Positions 14,085-26,835 of a stretch of DNA of 64,000 nt are shown in pieces. Under the pieces are notes generated by a model. That model did not search any database. It was given only the letters and a program-made list of their open reading frames with translations, and was not told where the DNA came from. Origin of the DNA: Torpedo marmorata (Eukaryota); assembly GCA_977017645.1 (NCBI GenBank), contig OZ360229.1, positions 37,758,001 to 37,822,000 of the forward strand, written 5' to 3'. Each line of letters begins with the position of its first letter. Positions within the stretch are counted from its first letter, which is position 1. Made by a program: the position numbers and the translations under genes.

Positions 14085-14812
14085 CCAAAATTTCCTAAGC
14101 TTCCCTGGGATGAGAAGGTTGTCCTATCACGAGCACCTAAAGAAATTAGATCTATATTCTTTGGAGTTTAGAAGAATGAGAGGTGATCTTATTAAAATAT
14201 GTAAGATCCAAAGAGGGCATGATAGGGTAGTGGGAGAATCTTAAGTAAGGGGATATGGTTACAGGACATGCCATGGGGAGGGATGTGAACATTCATAACT
14301 GAGATGTACAGAACTTCTTCATCCAGGGGAAATGAATCTCTGTAATTCTCTCTCCTGGAGAGTTGTGGGGCTGTATCATTGGAGATATTTAAACAGGACG
14401 TATATAAAATATATTTTTAAAAATTTAGACATACAGCATGGTAACAGGCCATTTCGGCCCACGAGTCTGCGTCGCCCAATTTACACCCAATTAACCTACA
14501 CCCCCAGTACATTTCGAACGGTAGGAGGAAACCGGAGCCCCCTGGGAAAACCCACGCAAACACGGGGAGAACGTACCAACTCCTTACAGACAGCGCGGGA
14601 TTCGAACCCTGGTCCCGATCGCTGGCGCTGTAAAGGTGTTGCGCAAACCGCTACGCCAACCGTGCCGCCCATATTGACATTTGGACAAGTGTGGACTAAA
14701 GCGTATTGGCACAGAAAAGGAGATGAGACCTGGGGCAGATCAGCCATGATCATGTTGAATGGTGAAATGGGCTTGAGGGGCTAACTCCTGCTGCTATTTT
14801 CTTTTGTTCTAA
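14085..14812 (+). mobile_element. Degraded CR1 3' fragment interrupted by a V-SINE
   Basis: ttggagtttagaagaatgagaggtgatcttatt...gatcagccatgatcatgttgaatgg...ctcctgctgctattt are CR1 3' motifs flanking the SINE. Confidence 0.8.
14416..14670 (-). mobile_element. Young V-SINE (HE1-like)
   Basis: Intact A-box (tggcgtagcgg), perfect B-box (ggttcgaatcc) and V-domain, with CpGs retained. Possible 5-bp TSD atatt. Confidence 0.92.
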
Positions 14813-16147
14813 TGTCTGAGAATATCATTTCAAAAAGATGGCCATATTTAATAAGTATCCAGTGTTGCATAGAGCTAGCTTTGTTAGTGCATATTTAAAA
14901 GCTATGTATCAATTAAAGCTGCACTATGTTGATCATTTTTCATGACTATGATTTTTGTTTTTATTGTTGAAACTTTATGGCACATTTAATTTTATTTTGT
15001 CCCTCCAGTTCCCAATGGGAATGTATCTGTCAGATTTGTTTAAAAGTAAAGAACAGGAATGCAAAGAAAGTCTTTTGTTCCATACCAGCTCCATTTGCGA
15101 TTATACATCGAACCCTGTGCTCCAGGCTGAAGGAAACAGATCTCACTTTGCCAGATGGTTGGTATATGGAAAGGTTCCCAGTTCTGTCATGGGCTGAGAC
15201 AACAGGTCCCTTGGAACTTTTAAGATAAATGAATGCGTGACTAACTACAATGTAGGATACTTCCTCATAAACACCCCGATCACTGTGTACCATACATAAT
15301 ATAATATATAAAACATACTTGTGTGCTTCAACAGACAGCAAGACCTGCTTGGCCACATCCATCAAATTATACGAAAACACCATTGTACCTATTTGGAAAT
15401 GACAGATGCAAAACTATCTTCACAAAGTCTGAGTCAATATATAGGGAGGTGCTGTTAACATGCTGTTAACAAGCAGTTGGCAGGGAACACATGCAGGATA
15501 GAGCTTGAACAATAATGGTCGGGCGATGCATGAAAATCAGTTCTGTCCCCTTGTGCACAAGGAATGGTACATTCTCACAAACACCTGTGACAGAATGACC
15601 TCTATTACATGGCTTTCAAACAGTAGGTCAAGTCTTCACCTATTCTGTCACTCTCCTACAAACATGTGCCAGCATCTTACATTGCAATTACCTTCTGTTT
15701 TACATACAACTTTTCAGTGACTTGTTCCTTCAGCTTTGGCATCGGGGTTAAGTAATTTGAGTTTTTCTAACGATTACCAGAATTTTCTGATTTTAATATT
15801 CCTCTTTAATTATTCTCCCTCCCCTTTAAAATTTCACTTTAATGTGTTTTACATTCCCATGAATCACAATTTTTTTCTGTATCTGTCCATATCTCCAAGT
15901 GATGAGGGAGCCAGCCAGAGTACAGCTCAGAACAGGCATGTTAAGTGACGGGAGAAGCCCCAGCAAATTAGGCCTACATACAGGCTAACTTATATTCACA
16001 TCAGAAAACCAGAACTAAAGTGCTGCCACCTGCCACTGACATATGAACAACCTACCACTAAACCATTTACCTTTTCTTTGCCACTTTTTGCCACAATGAA
16101 ACACCAGGCAACCTGTTCCTCAACATTCATATGTTGTTGCGTTAAAA

Positions 16148-16402
16148 GTCAAGTCAGGTTTATTGTCATCTGATTGCACAAGTACAATCCGATGAAACAG
16201 CGTTCCCTGATCCTCGGTGCAAAACACGCAGACACATAGCCAGACATAACACACATACAAACAATACATATGCAGGACAAGTACTGTATTCATATGTACA
16301 AATAAATAAATGTTTCGTAAATATGAGAGTCTCAGATGGTTAGTTCCTTTGGTCATTCAGCATTCTCACTGCACATGGGAAGATGCTGTTTCTCAGCCTG
16401 GT
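16148..16402 (-). mobile_element. Rex1/Babar-like LINE 3' end
   Basis: Minus-strand tail gacaataaacctgacttgac; appears to continue at 18245 after the Penelope insertion. Confidence 0.7.
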
Positions 16403-18245
16403 GTAAAAACACACCGAAATGCTGGAGGAACTCAGCTGGTCTTTTCAGCGTCCATAGGAGACAAAGATATATTGCCGACATTTCAGGCCTGAGCCCTTCT
16501 TCAAGGAATAAGCAGAATGAGCCAGAAGCAGGAAATCTCAGAAAGTCTCAGAATTCAGACAATTCTGGCTGGGGGAGGAATCCAGACCAACAAAAGGTGT
16601 TAATTGGATATGATAAGGGACAAGGTAAGAATTTATCATGTTTGTGCAAAAGGAGATGGAAGAGAGAGACAGAGCTGGGAGAAGGAGTTTGGGGGTGGGG
16701 GGTGGTTTAACGAAAGCCAGAGAAGTCGATATTAATGCCATCTGGTTGGAGGGTGCCCAGTCGGAAGATGAGGTGTTGTTCCTCCAATTTACAGGTGGTC
16801 TCAGTCTGGCAGTGCATGAGACCATGGACAGACATGTCAGCAAGGGAATGAGATGGAGAATTGAAATGGGTGGCCACTGAGAGAACCACGCTATTGCAGC
16901 GGACAGAGGCAAGGTGCTCAACAAAACCATCTCCCAGTCTGCGTCCAGTCTCTCCGATGTAGAGGAGACCACAACGGGAGCACCGGATGCAGTAGATGAC
17001 CCCTACAGATTCACAAGTGAAATGTTGCTTCACTTGGAAGGACTGTTTGGGGCCCCAAATGGGAGGAGGTGTGGGCGCAAGTGGAGCATCTCCTGTGGTC
17101 AAAGGGGTAGGTCCCAAGGGGCGATTGGTGGGGAGGGAGGAGTAGACAAGGGAATCGCAGAGGTAGCGGTCCCTGCGGAAGGCAGAGAGAGGAGGAGAGG
17201 GGAATATGTGTCTAGTGGTGGGATCACGTAGTATGTGGCAGAAATGGCGGAGGAGGATGTGTTGGATGCAGAGGCTGGTGGGGTGGTAGGTGAGGACAAG
17301 AGAAATCCTGTCCTTGTTGCGCATGGGGGCGTAGGAGGCCAGGGCAGATGTGCGGGTAATGGAAGATATGTGGGTGAGTGCCAAGTTAATGGTGGTAGAG
17401 GGAAAGCCACATTGTTTGAAGAAGGAGGACATCTCTGATGATCTGGCATGGAAGTCCTCATCCTGGATGCAGATGGAGACGGAGGAATTGAGAGAATGGA
17501 ATAGAATCCTTACAGGGGACAGAATGAGAAGAGCTGTAGTCGATGTAGCTGTGGGAGTTCGTTAGTTTGTAGAAGATGTCTGTCGAGAGTTTGTCTCCCG
17601 AGATGGAAACAAAGAGATCGAGGAAAGGGAGAGTGTTACTAGAGATGGACCAAGTGAATTTGAGGTCGGGGTGGAAGTTGGCAGCAAAGTGGATGAATTC
17701 AATGAGTTCATCATGGGTACATGAGGCAGCACCAAAGCAGTCATCAATTTAGCAGAGGAAGAGTTGAGGGGCCTTGCCTTTGTAGGCTTGTAGCATGGAA
17801 TGCTCCATGTAGCCAACAAAAAGGCAGGCATAGCTGGGGCCCATGCGGGCACCCAAGGCTACCCCTTTAATCTGGAGAAAGTGGGATGAGTCAAAGGAGA
17901 AATTATTGAGGGTGAGGACAAGTTCTGCTAGCTGGAGGAGGGTGGTGATGGAGGGGGACTGGTTGGGTCTATTATCCAGAAAGAATCGAAGGGCTTTGAG
18001 GACTTCAGTATGGGGGATAGAGGTGTATAGGGATTGGATATCCATGAGGTGATCGAGATCAGGGAACTGGAAGTTGTTGAAGTGATGGAGGGCATGTGAA
18101 GTGTACCAGATGTAGGTGGGGAGGGATTGGACCAGGGGGGAAAAAACAGAGTTGAGGTAAGCGGAGACCAATTCAGTGGGGCAGGAGCACGCAGACACGA
18201 TGGGTCTGCCGGGACAATTGGGTTTGTGGATCTTGGGTAGGAGTG
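16403..18245 (-). mobile_element. Penelope-like element, 5'-truncated (RT + GIY-YIG endonuclease, frameshifted)
   Basis: RT: LLPKIHKPNCPGRPIVSACSCPTE...DIQSLYTSIPH...GVALGARMGPSYACLF. GIY-YIG: FTCESVGVIYCIRCSRCGLLYIGETGRRL...EH...LGTLQPDGIN. Confidence 0.93.
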
Positions 18246-18695
18246 TGTGTGGTGGTAGAGGTCCACAACAGTTTTGCACACCCTCTTCAGACAACGATCC
18301 CGGTAGATCACATCAATGGCAGGAGGGAGACTCCAATCCATTTCCTTGCAGCAACCATACCACATTGTGATGCTGCCGGCCTGGACACTCTCAATAGAGC
18401 TCTTGTAGAAGGTTGACATGATGGTGGCCGGTAGCCTTGACTGCTTCAGTCTTCTCAGGAAGTGCAGTCACTGTTGCGCCTTCCTGACAAGTGAGGAGAT
18501 GTTATCTGTCCATGATAGGTCACTAGTTAAGTGAACTCCAAGGAACTTGGTGCTCCCCACTCTCTCCACTACAGAGTTGTTGATGGTAGTGGAGGGTGGT
18601 CATTCCTGGTCCTCCTGAAGTCCACGATCAACTCCTTCATCTTGTCCACGTTGAGATTCAGGTTGTTACTCCCGCACCATATCACGAGATTTTCA
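18246..18695 (-). mobile_element. Rex1/Babar-like LINE RT C-terminal fragment
   Basis: Translates to ...KAQQ*LHFLRRLKQSRLPATIMSTFYKSSIESVQAGSITMWYG, characteristic of the Rex1/Babar RT end. Confidence 0.8.
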
Positions 18696-20617
18696 TTGAC
18701 CTGACCATTAAATATCTTCCTTTCACCAGAGTTAGTGCCTGACCTGCTGAATATTTTCAGTATTTTCTGCTTTATTTATAATCCCCTCATTTTCACCATT
18801 CACTTTCCTGCCAACTGCTTGGTAGATGGACGACATTATACACTTCACAGTGGATTCACGGTGACAGTAAGAAGCTTGGGTTCCCCTTATAGGTAAGAAC
18901 TTTATAACTTTTCCTCTTCAGGTGGAACCAAATATTTTCCTGGGAGAGCTTTGCTCTTGGTTTAGCCTTCAGTTAAAACTCTGATGAACATTTGGGGCAC
19001 TCACTACATCTCTCTGGTGCACGTATTGTCCCCTTGTCAAGTGCGCTCTTGGCAGGAGTCTGATGTACAGTCTAGATAAATCCCAACTCGGGGAAATTGA
19101 GTGAGATCTGAAGGGGAGGAAACCCTAAACTATCATCAGGTTTCTCCACCAATCCTTTCCGCATGCCTGTTCTGAGCTAACTCCCTCTATCACTTGTTTG
19201 ACACTGGCAGAGGATTTCATCCATTGTTGGAGGCAATGATGGATTTGTTTCAAATAATCTGAAGGTATTTGATCAGAGATCATTTCCTACTCTCTTATTC
19301 TGCAGTCCTAGTGCATCTTGGGACCAAGAGTTTGGGTGATTTGATCCTTCTCTGGTGGTTGAGATTCAGGGAAGGTTGCTGAAGGCTCGAGAGTGGAGGC
19401 CTGTGGGAAGCTGTGAGCATCACTCATGATTTGCTGATTTAAGAGCTCTAAATTGTTATTATTTGCTGCATCTGCTTTAGCCAGGTCAACATTTGACTGT
19501 TTTTATTTGCCAGAATACACATACCCAGGCACCAACCACAGCATACTCACCCCATTCATTCACTCCCTGAGTCCCAGCTTGAGCCAGAGACACCCCCTCC
19601 CCTTTGCTTCTCAGCATCTCTCTGAGCCAGAGGCGTCCACCATTCATCAGTCTGCTGGTTCAAAGATAGGTGGTGGCGAGCCACCAGCACAAAGCTCCAT
19701 AGGAGAATGGCCACCTGTGGAATTGGCAATTCAGCAATCACCACCCTCTTTCTCTGGGCCAATCACTTTGCAACCTTAAGTTCCATTAAGTTCCAGTTAC
19801 CAAGGCTGTACTGCTGGTGAACGGGTCAGATCTGGCCCTGAGCTTAGCATCCAAAATACTAAAACTTTCCTAAATTTTATACCTGGATGTTTCAACAAAC
19901 ATTCTGCAAATCTTTGGAAGAAATCTCAAGAAACCATTTTACTCTAATACCAAAACAGGAAGGCCAAGTGATCGAAGATTTATAATAAATACTGAACATT
20001 TTCTCAGACAAATGGAAAGTTGTTCTACAGAAATTACCTTTAACTGTGTGCATATGTATGCCTGTTTCTCTCTATTTCCTTTTCAAAATTCAAAAGCAAT
20101 TCTGTAAAATCTTATCGCTGTATGAGGTGCTGATATCAATATGCAATTTATCAGATTAACATAAGTACACACTTCATTGTGGTTCTTCTTTCTTTCCTTG
20201 GTAGTGTGCTCTGAGTGGTGTCCATGCTATGTGCATCAGCCAAGGAATTCCAATGTGTAGAAAACAACTACAATAACACACATGTTATCATTAATGGTAA
20301 AGAATTCCACAGTCCAGGCTCTCAGCTGGCATCAAAGCACAAGGGAAAAGAAAATACTGGATCACTGATCTCAAGGGCAGATGAATCAAAGTTTACAGAC
20401 CTCCATTCTGATTGAATAAATTGTTTGCAGAGTGCACTGCTTTTTAGTAAATGACGTGTTTACAAATATGAAAATATTCGGACAATCAATTCTCTGATTG
20501 AACAGCACCGCTTTCATTACAGATGAATTTCTGTCTGTCAACTTAAATTTATTCACAATGCAGATGTTATTCCTTTGAAGAAACATTTTCTCTGCATTTT
20601 ACTATAGCATTTTACTA

Positions 20618-20845
20618 AAGTGAATCTCTGGAGTTCTCTGCGCCCAAAGGTGGTGGAGGCCAGACCATTAGATATATTTGATGTGGAGATGGATAAATAT
20701 TTGAAAGATCAGGGAAATTAAGGTTCTGGGGAACAGGCACAGAAGAGGAATTGAGGCGAGCATAGATCACCTATGATCATATTGAATGGCTGGGCAAGCT
20801 TGGGGGGCTTCATGGCCTCCTCCTTCTCCTGTTGCCTTGTGTATT
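20618..20845 (+). mobile_element. CR1 3' end fragment
   Basis: gtgaatctctggagttctctg...ggtggaggcc...atgatcatattgaatgg...ggcctcctccttctcct. Confidence 0.75.
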
Positions 20846-21839
20846 TAAAAGAAAATTAATCTAATGGTGTAACCAGGCAAATACAGAAAGTTGATGTATT
20901 TTCCACAATGACTTTTAAATGATTATTCCTCCTATTGACTAGACACTGTATCATTTTCATTTGATGAATACAAAATTAATGAAAATTGAGAGACCATTGT
21001 CCAGGTCCAGCTTTCTCGTTAGACATGGTTTTGTTTCATTACATTTCCTGGAGGACCAGATAGGAAGAATATTTATCATTTATAAAGAGTGGTTGAACTA
21101 AAGTGTCCATCTGAATTTTATTTTGTTATGAGGGTACACTCATTTCACACTGTTATGTGAATGGACATGACTGCAGCCAAGGGTTAGGTACCTCCTGGAC
21201 TTGTGTGGCCCACATGGAATGGGGTGAATTACAGATGCCAGTCTTTCTGTCACTCGACCTTGTTTCTGGGCTTCATGTATGGTCCAGAGGAGAAGCCTAA
21301 TGGTACAGAGCCCAAAACACCGGCTTCGAGCACTCCAGATTTGTGGCGGGACCATATCAATCCAGGTTGCTTTGGATCCCAATGCATAGGGATTAAATTC
21401 CTGGCGGTTTGGAAGGAAAAGATAGGTTATTTTTCTTTTACTTTCTTTTAATGTTTTGGATTATTTGTCACGTGTTTTGCTAGAGTTTTGCTTTTCATTA
21501 TTCAAAGCAACTTTAGTGTTCTTAAACATCTCTTACATAAACTTTTACAAAACTAAAATCACTTACAGAATCTCAATGGCGTCAACAGGAGGCGAACCTC
21601 TTGGCTTGCCTCTTGTCAGGCCATGCTATGAGCCGGGTAGTTCAACAACATACTGGTGAAGGCCGAGTCATGATTGAAGCCTCGTTATGTCTTGTCCATC
21701 AACTCCTGAATTGGGAGGGGCAGGACGATTGGACTACCAACATCTGTACAAGGTTACCTAAGGGCAGGGATAGAATAGGAGGGCAGCGCAACAGCTCAAG
21801 CAAATACCATTCGCCCTTTATATCTGATAAGTGTGAACT

Positions 21840-22674
21840 GGCGGCGCTGCCGGAGCTGCTGTAATGGCAGCGCTGCCGCTGGTGCTGACCCGCAGGGAGC
21901 GAGGAGCGGAGATACAGCGCTCCCGCGGGGTCCAACCGCCCAGTCACTGCTGTCAGCTCCGCACGGGCTTTGAACGGCCCGTTAAAGGAGCCGACGGTGG
22001 TTTTATTTAAAATCCCACGACCCCGGGGTCTGCGCCCAAGATGGCAGCGCCTCTGATCGGCAGCAGCCACGAGGGGTTGCAGACTCCAGGGGAGCGGAGG
22101 ACTGGCGCAGGGCACCAGAAAACGGGGAGACCATCCCCCGTCTGAGGAGAAGCAGAGGAGACGACCCACAGGACGGTGACCACGGCGGCGGACCAGTGAG
22201 GGGCTCTGCGGCTGAAAGACCAATGCATGCGGCGGGCTGCGGGCGACTCGAGGCGAGGAACCCGTGGAGGCTGTGGGCTGCTGGAGACTGCTGTCGGGAG
22301 ATTCGCGCCGGGCTGCGGACTGCTGGAGACTGGCTCGAACTGGCTTGAGGAGTACCAGGTATCGGAACCGGGATGCGAGGGGGTGCCGAAGGCGCTGAAG
22401 GGTTCCTGACCGTGTCGGAGGTTCGGATCTGGAGCACGAGTTGCCAATGGTTTGGACTGAACTCTGTGTGGCTGCGAATGTGAATCTACGGACACTGGTT
22501 GACTCTGGGGGGACTGTCTTTTGCTTCTCTTTCTCTGACTGTAAGAGGCGCTTCAGGCAATTTCTGCCGATGGTGAATCTGTCTGCCTTACAGCAGGCAA
22601 AAGGAATTTTGTGTAATATGACACTGTTTTATTACACGACAATAAATTGAATCTTGAATCTTGAATCTTGAATC
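21840..22674 (+). mobile_element. GC-rich non-autonomous retroposon, copy 1 (~830 bp)
   Basis: Colinear with the inverted copy at 55393-56202. Internal ccaagatggc (YY1-like core) and 3' acaataaa followed by (gaatctt)n. Confidence 0.85.
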
Positions 22675-22699
22675 CTTTAACAGTGTTTCTTTTTTTAAT

Positions 22700-22915
22700 T
22701 ACTGAGCGGCCCGGGCAAGAATCCACGGTCGGGGCGACGGGAACTCGGACGGGCAGGTGGCCGGGGCCTAGGAGAGAGTATGTGGCCGGGGTGTCGGGAG
22801 CCAAAAATAGGGGCGTCGACTTTTACACGGGTCATACAGAAAACACGCGATTTTTGGGCCAAAAAAAGGGGAAATCGACTATTACATGGGATCGATTATC
22901 ACACGAGTATATACG

Positions 22916-22916
<1 letters not shown>
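22700..22916. mobile_element. One end of a Tc2/pogo-type (Tc1-mariner superfamily) DNA transposon
   Basis: Terminal ...cacgagtatatacgg (reverse complement ccgtatatactcg) with subterminal tcgact...acacggg repeats, abutting a (TA)n tract. The other end was not found. Confidence 0.6.

Positions 22917-22918
<2 letters not shown>

Positions 22919-22966
<48 letters not shown>
22919..22966. repeat. (TA)n microsatellite
   Basis: Perfect TA run. Confidence 0.98.
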
Positions 22967-22970
<4 letters not shown>

Positions 22971-23249
22971 TCTTCAGTAGACTGTGCAGAAAGAGCATCC
23001 AAATAAGAATGGAATCCTGGACTCTCTTTAAAGTATAATTTTAATTAAAGGAAACAATTACATGATTACAAACACTTGTTAAACCTGAATCCAGGATTTA
23101 ACCACTTGTGTTTGTCTCAAAATTTGTTCACAAGTACATATTGTAAAATTAGAATGATATCATTTGCAAGATTTAATACAGCCTATAAATTATAATTTGA
23201 AGATGTTTGTATCTATTGTAATATATAAAACATTGATTAATGAGCACAT

Positions 23250-23572
23250 TAGAGTAGTGGTTAAGTTGCTGTATTAGCATACAGAGAGTTGACTATTGAT
23301 CAAGAAACATGAAATTATAACAGCTGGGCAATTTAAATTCTACTGTAGTTATAAATAAAACTGGAATAAGAAACTAGTTTTTGTATTGATGATCAGGAAA
23401 CTGGCTTGATGCAAAGAACATTTGGCTCCATGCTGTCCTTCAGGAATGGATGATTGGCATCCTTTCCCAGTCTGACCTGTACATCTCCAGACTGATGAAT
23501 GTCAATAACTCTGAAAAATTGCCAGTTCCCATGTCACCTGGTGGTGGACAATAAATATTGGTATGTCAGTAA
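23250..23572 (+). mobile_element. Old Deu-domain SINE (SacSINE1-like)
   Basis: aatttaaattc...ataaaactggaataagaaactag...tgtccttcaggaatgga...atcctttcccagtctgacctgtacat...ggacaataaatattgg resembles the Deu SINE body and tail as I recall them. Confidence 0.6.
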
Positions 23573-26500
23573 TTGTTTCTTTTTGGGCGAGGAATAAAGA
23601 TTATTATTTGATGCGCCGAATGTGCAAGAACTTCTAAACATGTTAAAACTTGTTTCTCACAATTTGACAGTTGTGCTAATGTGAAATTTTCTGACAGATT
23701 TTAAAGTTTTTTGGGCGAAATAGGAATTTTCGCAAACAAGTTGTCACTAAAAGTTGTGCTTATCTTCGTACCCTTGGTAGTATTTAATTTTTATTCCATC
23801 TGTACCTCAAGATTGTATGGCAGTTTGGAATATTTTTCAATTTAACCTAGTATTGTCTGGCACCATGTTCTTTATGCAAATATTCCTTCTTTCACAATCC
23901 TATTCCCTGGTTCACTGTGTTCTTGTTCCAGATGTATTGTACATCCCATCATATTTTCAGGAGATTACTTGTTAAAAGGTCTATTTTGATATTTGAAATG
24001 CCTTGGGTGTATGAATTGTTTTGTATCTGTGTTTTTGTTTTGCAAATATCACTATAATGAATGCCATAAAATCTACCCATTAAATATTAATTAATGTCTA
24101 TTTTTCTGTTGTACAAATGTATAATTGATTCTACTTATAAATTATTTTTTTTAACTTAAATGTAATTGTCTACAGTAGGCCTTGAGCCCCAAACTAAAGA
24201 AGCCACTTGAAAATCTTTGTAAAGAGACTCTTGCAAGATTACAACATTTTTCATGTGGTGGGAAAACCTGTAGTTCAGTTTATCTGATAGTTGAAGGAAA
24301 GTTACAATAGCTTTAGCATAAACAGAAATTTCTTGAAATATTGAGGAAGTAGGTCACAAAGGAGATTGACTCTGTTTCTATATTTCAGTTCCGAATCAGG
24401 GTCATGAATATGAAACATTAACCGTTTCTCTACCCAGAATGCTGCCTGACCAAGTATTTTAGCTCTTTGTGTTAATTTGAGAATTCTAGCATCTGCAGTT
24501 TTATTTTGATTTTTAAAATAGACTCAGCAGATCCTTTCTCGCATTTAACTCATGCTATGATTAAGGGAAAACGTTGCAAGATGATTTGTGCAGAACTTGC
24601 ATTTACTTTGATTTAATCAAGTATGACTTGTTTTTCTCTTATTGTTGGCTTCTTTTATGGTATTTTTTGGTGTATCTTTGTAACCCATTCATATTTTATT
24701 TTCATTTCAAGTTTTTGTTATGTGATGCATTGGAGCATACATATAGCTGCTAACCATTCAACATCACTTTCCAGGTGCAACAAATGAGCTGCAGAGTGTA
24801 TGAATGATCCTTGCTGAAACAACCAGATCTCTTCTCCCTTGTCATAAAATTGTAGGTACTTTGGAGAATTGGCAGCAGTGTTTATTTGGGCAATAGATTG
24901 ATCCCCATTTTTTTTCCTGACTTATTCATTCTTTTCTGGTTCAGATAGACATGGAGCAAGAAATGTTTGGCACATCCGTGGCAGCTGATTGAATAAGCTG
25001 ATTGAATCAGAGTTTGCTGAATTAAATGGCACCAATCGTTTTAGCGCCGATGAAATGCAATTTTTGTTTTAGAAGGAGAAGCAACTATTTGTGATCAAGA
25101 TGGACTCCACGTGAAATAATAAGAATGTCCAATTTTGCAAGAAAAATCTTGTGCACAACTCATGTGGACTATCCTCAAGTGGCAATCGGCTTACTTGAAA
25201 AGTGTGAAATAAACACTGGCATTTTTCCAACGGAGGCTTCCGTGTGTACACCACAGTATATTAGTTTTCACTAAATCGCACGTCGGCACCATTCAGCGTG
25301 GGTAGGAATTTGATCTTAGCTGTAAGATATTAAAATTAGGAACTTTCATTGTCCTATTTAGAGAGTCTTGGTCATGACACAGAAGGATCTCAAAACGAGG
25401 AACGTGATGGGACTTCGATTTCTTGTAACATAACTACAGATGCAGGGTTGTTAACTCTTTCAGTAAAAGTGCTGGGGAAATCGGCCGTTTGCGCATGAAA
25501 GAAACTCCCCCCAGTTCTCTTCTGAGAACTATTTCAGATTACACGCCGGCCCTGACGTTAACCATTGGTTCAAAATCTCGACTCTCCGTGTAACTATCCA
25601 TGATTTAGTTCTGCTGAAATTTATGAAATTACATGGCTTTATCTTCGTCAATATAAATTGCATGTTGAAACTATGCACTGATTACAATTTGACTCATTTA
25701 TTTAAATACTCAGCAAAGAGGCATGGCTCGTTGGCATTAATATAACCGTTCACTTGCACTGTAATTAACTCAGAAATCTTGAAATGGAATAATGCCACGG
25801 TTCAGAATTGTCTTTGAAATAGTTTTAGTGGTGGATGCTCCCACCTCTCTGTAACTTACATGCCTTTTATCAAACGGGAAATAGAGGCATAAAACGTAAT
25901 CTTTTGCGATAAACCTTCGTAAAAGAAGAGTCGAAATTGCGCTAAGACTATAACTCCATCACTAAGGAGGGTAAAAATCGTCTCTGCTTTTATAATTATG
26001 AAGTGTTGTCTAACTCTAAACGTAGTCAACCGTTCGGCCTCGGCCGGTGTGCGGGGAAGCGAATCGCGGTGAACGATAGAAACGTGAACACAGGGAATGA
26101 AGCAAAACGCACTCCGAGAGTGAGCACTGCACAGTATTTAAAGGGATTTAATGTCCTGGGCGAGCTAAGATTCTCCCGTCCCGTGCGGCGGACGGCTGTG
26201 TAAGGCAGTAATAGCTCAGCAGGGGCTAATAGCAGAAATGAGATCTAAACGAGCCCAGGAGAGGGTTAATGAACTCCCATCTATCACCCGCCGCCACTCT
26301 TCCGCTGTTCATTGATGGCTTTTCGCACGTATTTGTATTTTTCATTTTCATTGAATTTTATGATTCATTCCATCCATTTGTGTGGCCGCTTATTCCCAGA
26401 TGACTCCGTTCAGCTTTTATTTAAGTTTCAGCTGTCTCTGTGTCCGTCTGTCATTTTTGCAAAGACTGTATGTTTCCCAATAGCTGTTGACAGCCCAGCG

Positions 26501-26749
26501 CCATACAAACCCCAGGGGAATTTCAGAGGTAAGATGGGCGGAGATGAGCCAGCTACTCTGCCAAGGTGGCTTTAAGAGGAAGGAGAGGGAGGGGAGGAAG
26601 GGGTGGGAGAGGTCCAAACGGCATCTGAAAGCTGATTGACACCGGTAATATTCCTTTAATATTTATTTACACGCCTTTGCTAAAGCTACCGCCGATATTT
26701 TAGAAATGTTCTAAATGTATTTTAAGAATTATGAGGCAAAACGCAGGTA

Positions 26750-26835
26750 CAGAACGCTGCGAGTCCTGCTGAGTTCCTCCAGCATTTCTGTGTTTTTACT
26801 ACGATCACAGCGTCTGCAGACTTTCGTGTTTCACA
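26750..26835 (+). mobile_element. Short Penelope-terminus fragment
   Basis: cgctgcgagtcctgctgagttcctccagcatttctgtgttttt matches the end of the Penelope element at 16403-16450. Confidence 0.65.

Noticed and set aside
14580-14670. tRNA gene
   Set aside because: The A/B boxes belong to a SINE head that continues into the V-domain; no full cloverleaf or terminator.
14977-15228. ORF containing KVFCSIP, reminiscent of AP-2 exon 4 (EVFCSVP)
   Set aside because: Wrong strand for this gene, and similarity stops after six residues; treated as chance.
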